The position numbers and the translations under genes are program-made. This document shows positions 1-10,526 of a DNA stretch of 38,782 nucleotides, one piece after another (position 1 is the stretch's first letter; each line of letters opens with the position of its first letter). The notes beneath the pieces are model-generated. The model was given only the letters and a program-made list of their open reading frames with translations. It did not search any database and had not been told where the DNA came from. The stretch is from IMG/VR virus record IMGVR_UViG_3300030433_000259, positions 1-38,782 of that record; one strand, given 5' to 3'. The DNA is from a virus. Taxonomy: Duplodnaviria > Caudoviricetes.

Positions 1-3000
1 CAGTTGATAAGATTAATCAGTTTCAGGTTGATGTCATGGATAAAGAATGGCAAAACAACTTTGATACAAATAGTGCTATATTTGTAGAAGAGGCTATGCG
101 TGAGGAACTTAATAGTCCAAATCCTGACTTAGTAAAATTAAGAGAAAAATTTATAACATATCGTGATACCACTCTAAGAGAAGCACCACAAAGATTTCAG
201 AATTACATAGAAAATAAATTAGACTTAAACTTTGTTGATGCTGTTAATAATGTAAAAGATTATGCTAATGATTTAAAATATCAAAATTTATCTACACAAG
301 GTGCAGTTCTAGCAGAAACAAATTATAATAGTGCCTATAGTGCAATACAAACAATAATTAAAAATAATAAAGGTAACTTTGAAAAAATACAAAATGAAAT
401 AGATTTGTATTATACCACTACAGTTTTACCTAACTTAGCAAACTTAAATGCTAATGATAAAATTTTAAATCAACTTAAACCTTTAGAAATGACACCAGCT
501 ATGATTGAGGATAGAGCTAATGGTAATAATGTATTGTATGAAAGCTTAAGAGCAAAAAGTATTATTGAAATGATGGTATCAGGTGTTGATTTTGAACAAG
601 GTGATACACAAAAATTACGTGCTGATTTAGAAACTTTAGATATAGAAATAGATAATTATATACAAAAGTATTTAGAAGATCCAGCTGCTAGAAGATTAGA
701 TATGAGTGATGCTACAGTTAGTGAAATTGTTGCTGATTTAAAAGCAGTAAAAAATAATTTATTATCAGTACAATCTGATAAAATAGCAAAAGCTGACAAT
801 GCTGGATTATTTACACAACAAAATTTTTCTAAAAGTTTTATAGATGCTTTTAAAAATGATGCTAGACTATCTATAGTAGCAACTCCAAAAAGTATTTTAG
901 AACAACTTAATAATACACCTGATGGTGTAGCATTGTATAATAATCCAGAATTATTTTTTCAAACATTAAATGGTGCTATAGATGCTTCAGCAATTCACAA
1001 AATAATAGCAAATAAAAAAGAAGTAAATTTAGGAAAGTTACCTAATAGTGGAGATATGCTTCATTTAATTAATAGTCAAATATCTTCTTCTATAGATCAA
1101 GATGAATTAGCATCTTATGTATATGCTTCATATGGTGGTTTATTTAATTATAACGCAAATCAAATGTTACAAGATTACGATATGGTTTTAAATAATCCTA
1201 GACCAAATGTAGGTGCTGGTGGAATGGGTCCAGAAATATTCCAAGCAGAAAAAAATACAGCAGCAGCAGCTATTATGATGCAAAATGGATATTATCCACC
1301 TGGACTTGATGATTATTTTGCACAAGTAGATAGAATAATGATGAAACCAGAAATATCAGAAGAGGGTCCTGATTCAGATTTGAATAGGATTCGTCAAGCT
1401 ATAAACCTTTATAATTTTATTAATAATAATAGTAGTGATGTATTTTTTCCTTCTGTTACAGGAGCAGATACACCATCATTTTTTGCTTTTATAAAAATGA
1501 GTAAAGGTAAATTATATCAAGGTGTTAATATTGCAGACATACAAGATTTAAAAGAATTAAAAAATGAATATAAAGCATTTGTAGATGCACCATATGATTT
1601 AGATAAGATTCAACAAATTTTAGCAGATAATAATGCAAATGTAACATTAGATAATGTTCAAGTAGCTATTACAGAAGATTTAAGATCACAAATTGGTCCT
1701 GAAGCATTAGGTAAGTTTATAATTAATAGTTTGCCTTATGTAGATATTCCATTTACAGATTTTGATATAGGTTTATCAGAAGAAGAAAAATTCCAAAAAA
1801 CAGATCAATTTGAACAACTATTAGCACCTATACCAACATGGAAAAAAATTATTATAGGAATGTCAGTTAGTTTTGGTGGTGAAGAATATTTTGCAGATAA
1901 TCCATACCCAAATTATTTACAAGTAGATCCTATAGTTTTAGAACAATTTAATGGTATATTTGCACAACAATTAAAAAAAGCTGGTGTCGATTTTAGTTTG
2001 GTTGAAAAAGGAAGAATAGATGAATTTTTAACACAAGTAGAAGAAAAAAGAGAACAAGCATTATATAGTTCAGCATATAGATTAAATACTGAAGGATTTG
2101 GTATATCAAATTATGAATCTATGAGTGGTGCAAAATTAGTTCATAGTCCACTAGAAGATAAAATTCCATACACAAGTCAAATAGATAAAGAAATGTATAT
2201 AACTGCACATATTTTTCAACATATTCAAAGTATGGAAAATAAGTATGGTCAAGAAAAAATGGAGCAATTATATCCAGGATTATATATTAATAACTTTGGA
2301 ACAACACAAGCAAACAAAGTTGATTTAGATATAAATAGAGTCAATAAATTACTAAATGATGGTGCTTTTTATTTTATAAGAGAGCCTGGAGATGTATATA
2401 GTTATAATCTAAACCCAAATAAAATTTATTCTAATAGTTATGATTTAGCTATGGATATAGATGATCCACAATTTTTAAAAGTAGATGATGTTTTAGTTGT
2501 TGATGGTAAAACTTTTTCTAAAAAAGCTATTGTTACAGAAGCAGTACAAGATTATTTAAAAGATAATGATTTAGTAGATTTTTTTGTAGATAGAGGTGTT
2601 CCAAAAAACTATGTACAAAACTTTTTATATTCTATTTTATATCCAGGAACAAAAGGTATTACTAATAGAAAAGATTTATTAGAATATTTAGAAAATAATA
2701 AAATAGATATAGATATGTTTAATAAATGAGTAATGTATCTATAAAAGGTCTAAGTCGTAGAATTTCACCAGTAGATTTTGATATACCTGAAAGTGCTATA
2801 GATAATTTTTTTAGAAATCCAAAATCTGAGCAATTCAAAAGAGGTTTTATTGATGAAAACTCAGTAGCTTTAACATTTGCAAAACAGATGGAAGCTACAC
2901 AATCATTTAAAAAAGATCCTAAATATAACTTTTTATATGATGAACAATTAAAACCATACATAGATAACATAGATTATTTTAGAAATTCAGGTAGTAAGTT

Positions 3001-4882
3001 AGAAAGTAAGTATTTAATACAAGAATTAAAAAAAGATGCAGAGTTAATAAGTACAAATCCAGCAGCATATTTTATTGGTAGGCTTACTGGTGGTATTTTA
3101 GATCCTGTTACATATGCAGCTTTTAATATGAAAGCATTTAGAACTGCTAGTGGTGCATTAAATATAAAAAAAATTACTGCTATTGCTACAGCTGAAGAGC
3201 TATATAAACAAACTATCAATGCTAATAGAGAAAAAGAATTAGCATATTTTGTACCAGTAGGTACTGCAATAGTGACAGGATTATTAAATACTGTAGGTAG
3301 ATTAAAAAGTTTTGAAGGTGGAGAAGCAATAGGTAAATATAATAAACAACAATTATTACTAGATGGTAGAGAAGAAGTAGTTGCACGAACAAAAATAAAT
3401 AATGGTGAGTTATTAGATAGTAGAATATTAGATCCAAATAATAGAATAGGACCAAAAGGTGTTGGTGCAGATGCTACTAATACTGGTGGTGCAAGATCTT
3501 ACAATGATGATTTATATGATGAAGCAATAGCTAATACACTTACTGGTTTAGAAAACACAGGAATAACACCAGTATTTAGATTATTAAAATCACCAATTTT
3601 ACAAGTTAGAGAAATAGCTACAGATTTATTAGATACAAAACTTATGCAAAACAAAAATGTTTTGAATACAGGATTTACTACACAATCAATAGAATCAAAC
3701 ATAGCTAGAAAATACATATATGTAGAAGAAGCAAGACAAAATACCAAAATGAGTTACAAGGATTATTTAAAAAGAATTTATCAAGAAAATAATTTAGGTC
3801 AGGATTCTAGATTTAAAAGTATAGAAATGAGATTCAAAGGTATAAAAACTATTTCAGAAAGAGAGTTTCAAAGAAGAGTATCTTTTAGACTTGTAAACAA
3901 AGATCGAAAAGATCCTATACCAGAAGTAAATAAAGCTGCTAGTTATTTAAGAGAAAACTTTTTTACATTGATTGGAAGAGAAGCAGATGCAGAAGAATTA
4001 TTTAGTATTTATTCTAAAGTAATTATAGCTGGACTAAAAAGAACAAGAGATAGAATGAATAGAGAAGGTAAAAAAACTACAGAGCAAAGAGGTCAAAAAT
4101 ATACAATAGCACAAATAGAAAGTAGACTAGCTGATGAAGAAGCTAGATTAAATAATATTAATGCTACAGGACCACTTAGAGAAGATTATTTACCTAGATA
4201 TTGGAAAAGAGATCTAATTAGAAATAAAATAGATGATTTTAAAAAAGATCTAAGAATAGCTTTAAATAACAAAGGTATATCTGTAAGTGCAAAAGATTTA
4301 GATGAAATGGTAGAAGATATAGCTACCAGTACACCTTTTAATAAATTACCCAGAGATGCTTTAAGACCAGATGAAACATTTGATTTATCATTTGCATTTC
4401 AACCATCAGGAGTATCAAAGCATTTAAAAAATAGACTTATGATACTAGATGATGCGTATTTGATGCAAAGAGGTTGGATGGAAAGTAATATAAACATCAT
4501 TACTAAACAATATTTTAATTCTATTATGCCTGACATAGAAATAGCTAAAGTATTTGGTGATGTAGCTATGATGGGATTAAAGGGTCCTAATGCTGGATAT
4601 AGACCAAGTATTCCTCAAATTGCTATGGAATGGGATGCTTATATAAATAAAACAGCACCAGCTGGTACAAAACCAAAACTAAGAGCAGATTTAATTAAGA
4701 AAAAAGAAGAAGAGATTAGAGATATAGAAGCTAGTAGAGATTTACTTAGAGGCACATATGGACTAACTGCTAATCCAGAATCAGGTATGCAGTCAGGTAT
4801 TAGAACATTAAAGAATATACAAAATATGATTTTTCTATCAGGATTTTTATCTGCTGCTCCTGATATGGCTAGATTAATTATG
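1..4882 (+). repeat. Diverged direct repeat, copy 1
   Basis: Aligns to 33940-38782; 1-77 identical to 33940-34016; offset shifts from 33939 to 33900 (net 13 codons). Confidence 0.97.
3..2729 (+). CDS. Internal virion/ejection protein (gp15-like), 5'-truncated, allele A
   Basis: Frame open from position 3 (VDKINQFQVDVM...), homologous to 33816..36629; position between tail tube B/gp14-like and gp16-like genes. Confidence 0.7.
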   Translation, partial: VDKINQFQVDVMDKEWQNNFDTNSAIFVEEAMREELNSPNPDLVKLREKFITYRDTTLREAPQRFQNYIENKLDLNFVDAVNNVKDYANDLKYQNLSTQGAVLAETNYNSAYSAIQTIIKNNKGNFEKIQNEIDLYYTTTVLPNLANLNANDKILNQLKPLEMTPAMIEDRANGNNVLYESLRAKSIIEMMVSGVDFEQGDTQKLRADLETLDIEIDNYIQKYLEDPAARRLDMSDATVSEIVADLKAVKNNLLSVQSDKIAKADNAGLFTQQNFSKSFIDAFKNDARLSIVATPKSILEQLNNTPDGVALYNNPELFFQTLNGAIDASAIHKIIANKKEVNLGKLPNSGDMLHLINSQISSSIDQDELASYVYASYGGLFNYNANQMLQDYDMVLNNPRPNVGAGGMGPEIFQAEKNTAAAAIMMQNGYYPPGLDDYFAQVDRIMMKPEISEEGPDSDLNRIRQAINLYNFINNNSSDVFFPSVTGADTPSFFAFIKMSKGKLYQGVNIADIQDLKELKNEYKAFVDAPYDLDKIQQILADNNANVTLDNVQVAITEDLRSQIGPEALGKFIINSLPYVDIPFTDFDIGLSEEEKFQKTDQFEQLLAPIPTWKKIIIGMSVSFGGEEYFADNPYPNYLQVDPIVLEQFNGIFAQQLKKAGVDFSLVEKGRIDEFLTQVEEKREQALYSSAYRLNTEGFGISNYESMSGAKLVHSPLEDKIPYTSQIDKEMYITAHIFQHIQSMENKYGQEKMEQLYPGLYINNFGTTQANKVDLDINRVNKLLNDGAFYFIREPGDVYSYNLNPNKIYSNSYDLAMDIDDPQFLKVDDVLVVDGKTFSKKAIVTEAVQDYLKDNDLVDFFVDRGVPKNYVQNFLYSILYPGTKGITNRKDLLEYLENNKIDIDMFNK

Positions 4883-5992
4883 CAAAATGGATTTAAGAAA
4901 GGGTTTGGACAAACATTTGAAATATTTGCAAATCAAGCAAATAGAGAAATATTGAAGATGTCAAAGAAAGAAGCAAACATTGTAGGTGAAGCATTAGACC
5001 TGGCTATTGCTGGTAGAGCAAACACAATCGGTAATGTTGATGAAATGATATATGGACTAAATAGTGTAGAAAGAGCTACAGGAGCTGCAAACTCTTTTTA
5101 CTTTACATTTATAAACTTAATGAATGTTTGGAATACTGGTATGAAAACAGCATCATCTTACATTGGTAGTACTAAAATATTAGAATGGTCAGAACAAGTT
5201 GTAAGAGGAACTATATCACAAAAAAATATGGCTAAGTTATTGAGTGGTAGTATTGATAAACCTATGGCTAAAAGAATTATAGAACAATATAAAAAATATG
5301 GCTTAGGTGTTGGTGGTGCAGAAAGAGGCGATTTAAAATATAGTAGAGTAGCTAGATCAGATTTATGGGATGATAGAGAAGCTGCAAAAGCCTTCGGTAA
5401 TGCACTTCGTAAAGATATAAGAACTACAATTATTACACCAGATAAGGGTGATGTGCCATTATGGATGAATACACCAGTAGGTAGTTTATTATCACAATTT
5501 AAGAAGTTTGGTATGGCAGCTACACAATCAGTGATGATGCGAGGACTACAAGAAAGAGATCAAAATTTCTTTATAGGTTTAGGATTTTTAGTAGGTATGG
5601 GTGCTATGGTAGATGCAATTAGACAAAAGGCTTTTGATAGAGATTATTCTAAAAAGAAACTAGGTGATAAAATAGCTAGTGCTTTGGATAGATCTGGAGC
5701 AATAGGTATATTTAGTGATTTAAATAGAATATTAGAAGTAATGTCAGATAATGATTTAGGTATTGCACCAGCATTAGGAGCTGGTAAACCTTATGATGCT
5801 ACAAATAGACAAAAGCTAGGTTTGATTGGACCTTCGGGATCACTAGCCTATAATTTATATGAAATACTATTAGATACAGGAAGTGGTAATTACGACTATA
5901 CTACTGCTAGAGCAATAAGAAGATCTTTACCTTTGCAAAATATATGGTATTTAGATGGTTTATTTGATAAGTTCGAAAAAGGTATAAGATAA
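2726..5992 (+). CDS. Large internal virion/ejection protein (gp16-like), allele A
   Basis: 1088 aa, ATGA overlap with upstream gene, immediately before the tail fibre; C-terminal QFKKF motif followed by hydrophobic helices. Confidence 0.75.
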   Translation: MSNVSIKGLSRRISPVDFDIPESAIDNFFRNPKSEQFKRGFIDENSVALTFAKQMEATQSFKKDPKYNFLYDEQLKPYIDNIDYFRNSGSKLESKYLIQELKKDAELISTNPAAYFIGRLTGGILDPVTYAAFNMKAFRTASGALNIKKITAIATAEELYKQTINANREKELAYFVPVGTAIVTGLLNTVGRLKSFEGGEAIGKYNKQQLLLDGREEVVARTKINNGELLDSRILDPNNRIGPKGVGADATNTGGARSYNDDLYDEAIANTLTGLENTGITPVFRLLKSPILQVREIATDLLDTKLMQNKNVLNTGFTTQSIESNIARKYIYVEEARQNTKMSYKDYLKRIYQENNLGQDSRFKSIEMRFKGIKTISEREFQRRVSFRLVNKDRKDPIPEVNKAASYLRENFFTLIGREADAEELFSIYSKVIIAGLKRTRDRMNREGKKTTEQRGQKYTIAQIESRLADEEARLNNINATGPLREDYLPRYWKRDLIRNKIDDFKKDLRIALNNKGISVSAKDLDEMVEDIATSTPFNKLPRDALRPDETFDLSFAFQPSGVSKHLKNRLMILDDAYLMQRGWMESNINIITKQYFNSIMPDIEIAKVFGDVAMMGLKGPNAGYRPSIPQIAMEWDAYINKTAPAGTKPKLRADLIKKKEEEIRDIEASRDLLRGTYGLTANPESGMQSGIRTLKNIQNMIFLSGFLSAAPDMARLIMQNGFKKGFGQTFEIFANQANREILKMSKKEANIVGEALDLAIAGRANTIGNVDEMIYGLNSVERATGAANSFYFTFINLMNVWNTGMKTASSYIGSTKILEWSEQVVRGTISQKNMAKLLSGSIDKPMAKRIIEQYKKYGLGVGGAERGDLKYSRVARSDLWDDREAAKAFGNALRKDIRTTIITPDKGDVPLWMNTPVGSLLSQFKKFGMAATQSVMMRGLQERDQNFFIGLGFLVGMGAMVDAIRQKAFDRDYSKKKLGDKIASALDRSGAIGIFSDLNRILEVMSDNDLGIAPALGAGKPYDATNRQKLGLIGPSGSLAYNLYEILLDTGSGNYDYTTARAIRRSLPLQNIWYLDGLFDKFEKGIR

Positions 5993-7324
5993 ATGGCATT
6001 AGCAATATCAGACACATCTCCTAGAGTGCAATATACAGCAACTGGTGGTCAAACCACATTTACTGTACCATTTGAGTTTTTTGCAGATGGAGATCTAACA
6101 GTTATTAAAACAGCTGCATCTAATGGTGCAGATACTACTCTTACACTTACAGCTAGTCCATCTTCTGCTACACAGTACTCAGTAACTGGTGCTGGTGTAT
6201 CAGGTGGTGGATCTATTACTTTAGGTGGTGGTGCTACTGTAAATGATAAATATACAATACTAAGAGATTTATCTGTAGCTAGAGCATCTGATTTCCCTGT
6301 ATCTGGTACATTTCCAATAGAAACACTTAATACTGAACTAGACAAAATTATTGCTATGATTCAGCAAAATGAAAGAGATAATAAGTTTTCTCCACAAGCT
6401 AAATCATCTACATCAACTGCATTTAACCTGACATTCCCTGAATTAGTAGCTAATAAAGTACTATCTGTAAACAGTTCAGGTAATGCTTTAGAATTTTCAC
6501 AGTCAATTACAGATGTATCTACTGTTGCTGGTATAGTAAATGAAATAAATACAGTTAGTGGTATAGCATCTGCTATATCTACAGTTGCTGGAATAGCATC
6601 TAATGTTACCACAGTAGCTGGTATATCATCAAATGTAACGACTGTAGCTGGGATATCTAGTAATGTAACTACAGTTGCTGGAATGAGTAGTGCTATCAAC
6701 ACAGTAAACTCAAACGCATCTAATATAAACTCTGTAGCAAGTAATATTTCTAATGTAAATGCTGTAGCCAGTAATGAATCCAATATTAACTCGGTAGTTG
6801 CTGCTGCTTCTAATATTACAGCTGTTGCTGGTAATCAAACAAACATTGATGCTGTTGCTGGAAATGCAACCAATATTAATACAGTTGCTGGTAATAATAC
6901 AAACATAAACACAGTAGCTGGTGCTAACAGTAATATTGGTACAGTTGCTACAAATATAGCTAATGTAAATACTACAGCTTCTAATATTACAGATGTAAAT
7001 ACTTTTGCTAATCAATATAGAATAGGATCTTCTGATCCATCATCATCTTTAGATGAGGGTGATTTATTCTATAATACTACAAGTAATCAATTAAAATATT
7101 ATAACGGATCGGCATGGGTTGCCATTGTATCTGATACTGATGTCAAAGTTAGTGTTAGTGCAAACGATACAACACCAGGCTTCTTAAATGGTAAATTAGT
7201 TGCTGGTAGCAACATTTCCTTTACAGAAGGTAGTGATGGTGGTAATGAAACATTAACAATAGCAGCTACTGCAACTGGTGCATCACTAGATGATGCCACA
7301 GCTTTAGCAATAGCATTAGGATAG
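5993..7324 (+). CDS. Tail fibre protein (T7 gp17-like N-terminal anchor, decad-repeat shaft)
   Basis: N-terminal QYTATGGQTTFTVPFEF motif; 10-aa repeats; ends ALAIALG. Confidence 0.85.
   Translation: MALAISDTSPRVQYTATGGQTTFTVPFEFFADGDLTVIKTAASNGADTTLTLTASPSSATQYSVTGAGVSGGGSITLGGGATVNDKYTILRDLSVARASDFPVSGTFPIETLNTELDKIIAMIQQNERDNKFSPQAKSSTSTAFNLTFPELVANKVLSVNSSGNALEFSQSITDVSTVAGIVNEINTVSGIASAISTVAGIASNVTTVAGISSNVTTVAGISSNVTTVAGMSSAINTVNSNASNINSVASNISNVNAVASNESNINSVVAAASNITAVAGNQTNIDAVAGNATNINTVAGNNTNINTVAGANSNIGTVATNIANVNTTASNITDVNTFANQYRIGSSDPSSSLDEGDLFYNTTSNQLKYYNGSAWVAIVSDTDVKVSVSANDTTPGFLNGKLVAGSNISFTEGSDGGNETLTIAATATGASLDDATALAIALG
6521..7000 (+). repeat. 16 degenerate 30-bp (10-aa) coding tandem repeats in the tail fibre
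   Basis: TVAGIVNEIN/TVSGIASAIS/TVAGIASNVT/TVAGISSNVT ... TTASNITDVN. Confidence 0.9.
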
Positions 7325-7334
7325 AAAGGACCAA

Positions 7335-7685
7335 ATGGCTAATACATTCAAAGTAAAAACAAATGATGCTATGCCATCAAGTGCTGGTACACCTTTAACA
7401 CTATATACAGTACCAAGTTCTACAACTTCTGTAGTTCTAGGATTATTACTATGTAATGTCCATTCATCAGCTGTAAATGTTAGTGTTAAGATTGAATCAG
7501 ATACTTCTGATACAGAAACAAATCAAAATGTATTTGTAGTAAAAGATGCTCCTATTCCTGTTGGTGGTACTCTTGAAGTACTTACAGGATCAAAGGTAGT
7601 ATTACAAACTACAGATGTAGTAAAGATTGATTGCTCTGTTTCAGCTAAGATAGATGCAGCATTATCAATAATGGAGATAACATAG
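7335..7685 (+). CDS. Tail fibre-associated beta-rich structural protein
   Basis: SD (AAAGGA); MANTFK...LYTVPSSTT type protein directly after the fibre gene. Confidence 0.6.
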   Translation: MANTFKVKTNDAMPSSAGTPLTLYTVPSSTTSVVLGLLLCNVHSSAVNVSVKIESDTSDTETNQNVFVVKDAPIPVGGTLEVLTGSKVVLQTTDVVKIDCSVSAKIDAALSIMEIT

Positions 7686-7686
7686 A

Positions 7687-8439
7687 ATGGGTTATATAGG
7701 TAGACAACCTACTAACGCTATATTAACCAGTGATGATATTGCAGCTGGTTCAGTATCTAAAGATAAAGTAAATCTTATATCTAATGGTACTGCTGGTCTA
7801 ACAGTTAAAGGTGATAACGGATCTAATGATGGGTATCTACAACTTAATTGTAGAGTAAACTCACATGGTATTAAGTTAAAGTCACCACCCCATAGTGCTG
7901 GACAAAGTTATACACTTACATTTCCTAGTACAGCACCAGCTACAGATAAAATTTTAAAAACAGATAACTCAGGTAATTTAAGTTTTGCAGATGCTGGAGG
8001 CAATACTCCAGCTTTTCACGCATATTTAAGTAGCGATCAATCAATTAGTCCATCAACAATAGTAAAAGCACAACTTAATACAGAAGTTCTTGATACAGAT
8101 AACGCATATGATAATTCAACAAATTATCGTTTTACTTGTCCTACTGCTGGTAAGTATTTTATTTACGCTGGTTTGCAAATTACACAAAGTGCTTATCATA
8201 TGTATAATATAGGTTTATTACTTTATAAAAATGGAACACAATATTTTAATACTAATAATATTACTGCTAATAATGTGTCCTATAGAGATACTATAACTAC
8301 TACTCAAATTATTGATTTAGCACAAAATGATTATTTAGAACTATTTGGTTATCTAGATTATCATGCTGGATCTGGATATGAATTTGAACACAATAAAAAA
8401 GCCTGTTATTTAGGTGGATATTTACTAGGAGGTGCATAA
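7687..8439 (+). CDS. Tail fibre/receptor-binding protein with C-terminal C1q-like domain
   Basis: PAFHAYLSSDQ...NYRFTCPTAGKYFI...LAQNDYLELF C1q pattern. Confidence 0.75.
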   Translation: MGYIGRQPTNAILTSDDIAAGSVSKDKVNLISNGTAGLTVKGDNGSNDGYLQLNCRVNSHGIKLKSPPHSAGQSYTLTFPSTAPATDKILKTDNSGNLSFADAGGNTPAFHAYLSSDQSISPSTIVKAQLNTEVLDTDNAYDNSTNYRFTCPTAGKYFIYAGLQITQSAYHMYNIGLLLYKNGTQYFNTNNITANNVSYRDTITTTQIIDLAQNDYLELFGYLDYHAGSGYEFEHNKKACYLGGYLLGGA

Positions 8440-8891
8440 TGAGCTATGTAGGTCGTGAACCCACTATAGGAAACTATATTGAGCTAGATGATATATCTAG
8501 TGGTTTTAATGCTTCTAATGTTACATTTAATCTGACATCAGGTGGTACTGCTGTGTTCCCACAAACAGATGCTAATGCAATCATATCTATATCAGGTGTT
8601 GTACAATACACATCTGCATATAGTATTAGTGGATCACAGATAACATTTACCTCTCCTCCAGCATCATCAGATAATTTTAGTGGTAGAGTACTAGGACATA
8701 GTAGAGATATCGGTACACCAACTGACGGAACAATAACTTCTTCTAGTTTATCATCTACATTCTTTATGACTAATCCACAAACATTTACAGACATATCTAT
8801 TGCATCTGGCAAAAATGCTATGGCAGTAGGCAGTCTGACTATATCAGGTACATTAACAGTACCATCAGGGAGTACATTTGTAGTATTATGA
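8439..8891 (+). CDS. Tail-associated adaptor/structural protein
   Basis: N-terminus MSYVGREPT resembles MGYIGRQPT of 7687; beta-rich; TAATG coupling. Confidence 0.55.
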   Translation: MSYVGREPTIGNYIELDDISSGFNASNVTFNLTSGGTAVFPQTDANAIISISGVVQYTSAYSISGSQITFTSPPASSDNFSGRVLGHSRDIGTPTDGTITSSSLSSTFFMTNPQTFTDISIASGKNAMAVGSLTISGTLTVPSGSTFVVL

Positions 8892-9451
8892 GTAAAATAG
8901 AAGTAAACACAATAGATGCAGTTTCAGGAACTAGCACACTAACATTAGGATCTAGCAACGCATCAACCATAGCTTTAGGTAGTGGTGATGTGCAAAGTAA
9001 TTTTTTGCAACCCTCTTTTTTTGTAAGACTAAGTTCAGACCAGACTATTTCAAGTGGCACAGAAACTAAAGTTGCTTTTAATACAGAAGTATTTGATTCA
9101 GATAATGCTTTTGATAATAGTTCTAATTACAGATTTACAGTTCCAAGTGGAAAAGCTGGTAAATATATTTTTAATTGGACTGTTGATGTTTTTAATTCTA
9201 ACAATGCTATAAAAAACTTCAATTCATATTTAAAGAAAAATGGCACGACCTTTTTTGAATCAACTTGGAACACTAATAATAACTCAATAACTTCACGAAG
9301 ATTCTCTTCAAGTTTTTCTGTTTGTGATGATTTATCTGCATCTGATTACATAGAATTATTTTTTAGTGCAGGTACTTCCGATAGTTCTAGTTCGAGTATA
9401 AAAGGCACAAACTATAATACAAGTTTTGGAGGATTTAGGATAGGAACATGA
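8888..9451 (+). CDS. C1q-domain receptor-binding protein
   Basis: PSFFVRLSSDQ...FNTEVFDSDNAFD...YRFTVPSGKAGKYIF...LSASDYIELF. Confidence 0.75.
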   Translation: MSKIEVNTIDAVSGTSTLTLGSSNASTIALGSGDVQSNFLQPSFFVRLSSDQTISSGTETKVAFNTEVFDSDNAFDNSSNYRFTVPSGKAGKYIFNWTVDVFNSNNAIKNFNSYLKKNGTTFFESTWNTNNNSITSRRFSSSFSVCDDLSASDYIELFFSAGTSDSSSSSIKGTNYNTSFGGFRIGT

Positions 9452-9984
9452 GCATATTAAAAACAAATCAAATAACTGACTTAGGGGGTAACAATATTAT
9501 ATCTTCTAATGGTAGTGGTACATTTACACAGACTTTCGCTGCTAATACTCCAACATTATTTGCTTTTTTAAATACAACACAAACTGCTACAAATAATAAT
9601 TATACAAAAGTAACATTAAATCAAACATCTATTGATACTGCTAATGGTTTTAATACAAGCACTTATGAATACACTGTTCCTGAGGCTGGTAAATATTATA
9701 TTATGGCAACAATAATTTTTACTACTGGAGCAGCAGATGCTTTGCGTGACCATAACATTACAATAAGAAAAAATGGAACAAGTTTTGCTCATACTACAGA
9801 TAATCCTAATTCTCATTGGAAAGCAACTGGAACTTTAGAGTGTTCTACTATTGCAACATTAGCTGCAAATGATGTGATTAGTTTATATGGACACATAAAC
9901 TCTACAAATGCAGCTCAGTTTGAAGGTAGTAGTACAGAAACAAATGAAACAAGTTTATATATGTTTAAATTAATAGGAGCATAA
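9448..9984 (+). CDS. C1q-domain receptor-binding protein
   Basis: PTLFAFL...YEYTVPEAGKYYI...LAANDVISLY. Confidence 0.75.
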   Translation: MSILKTNQITDLGGNNIISSNGSGTFTQTFAANTPTLFAFLNTTQTATNNNYTKVTLNQTSIDTANGFNTSTYEYTVPEAGKYYIMATIIFTTGAADALRDHNITIRKNGTSFAHTTDNPNSHWKATGTLECSTIATLAANDVISLYGHINSTNAAQFEGSSTETNETSLYMFKLIGA

Positions 9985-9985
9985 C

Positions 9986-10525
9986 ATGACATCAATTATT
10001 AAAGTAAACACAATACAAGATGTAGGTGGAAATAACCTATTAATATCTAATGGATCAGGAAGTATTACTACTAACAATATAGGTGGTCAGAATACTCCAG
10101 CTTTCTTTGTAAAGTTATCAGGTAATCAAACTATATCTACTGATACCATAACAATAGTACAATTTGATACAGAAGTTTATGATACTGATTCTGCTTTTGA
10201 TACTTCAAATTATAGATTTACTGTTCCATCAGGTAAAGCTGGTAAATATGTTTTTACTGCTCATCAGTCATATAGTAATTCTAACAATAGTACAGCTACA
10301 AGACATCAAATATATTTTTATAAAAATGGATCTGTTACTGATTTTAGTGGAGATTTATGTCAAGCACAATCAGCAAGTGCAGATCCTACATTAAATTTTA
10401 CAACTCAATTAGATTTATCTGCTGGTGACTATGTTGATGTAAGAGTAAATCAAAATGCATCACATAATGAAACTTTACAGTCAGCTTGGTCAAGATTTTT
10501 TGGATATAGGTTAATAGGAGCATAG
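9986..10525 (+). CDS. C1q-domain receptor-binding protein
   Basis: PAFFVKLSGNQ...FDTEVYDTDSAFD...YRFTVPSGKAGKYVF...LSAGDYVDVR. Confidence 0.75.
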   Translation: MTSIIKVNTIQDVGGNNLLISNGSGSITTNNIGGQNTPAFFVKLSGNQTISTDTITIVQFDTEVYDTDSAFDTSNYRFTVPSGKAGKYVFTAHQSYSNSNNSTATRHQIYFYKNGSVTDFSGDLCQAQSASADPTLNFTTQLDLSAGDYVDVRVNQNASHNETLQSAWSRFFGYRLIGA

Positions 10526-10526
10526 C

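Noticed and set aside
6521-7000. CRISPR array
   Set aside because: The 30-bp units are degenerate, contiguous, in-frame coding repeats without spacers; no cas genes.
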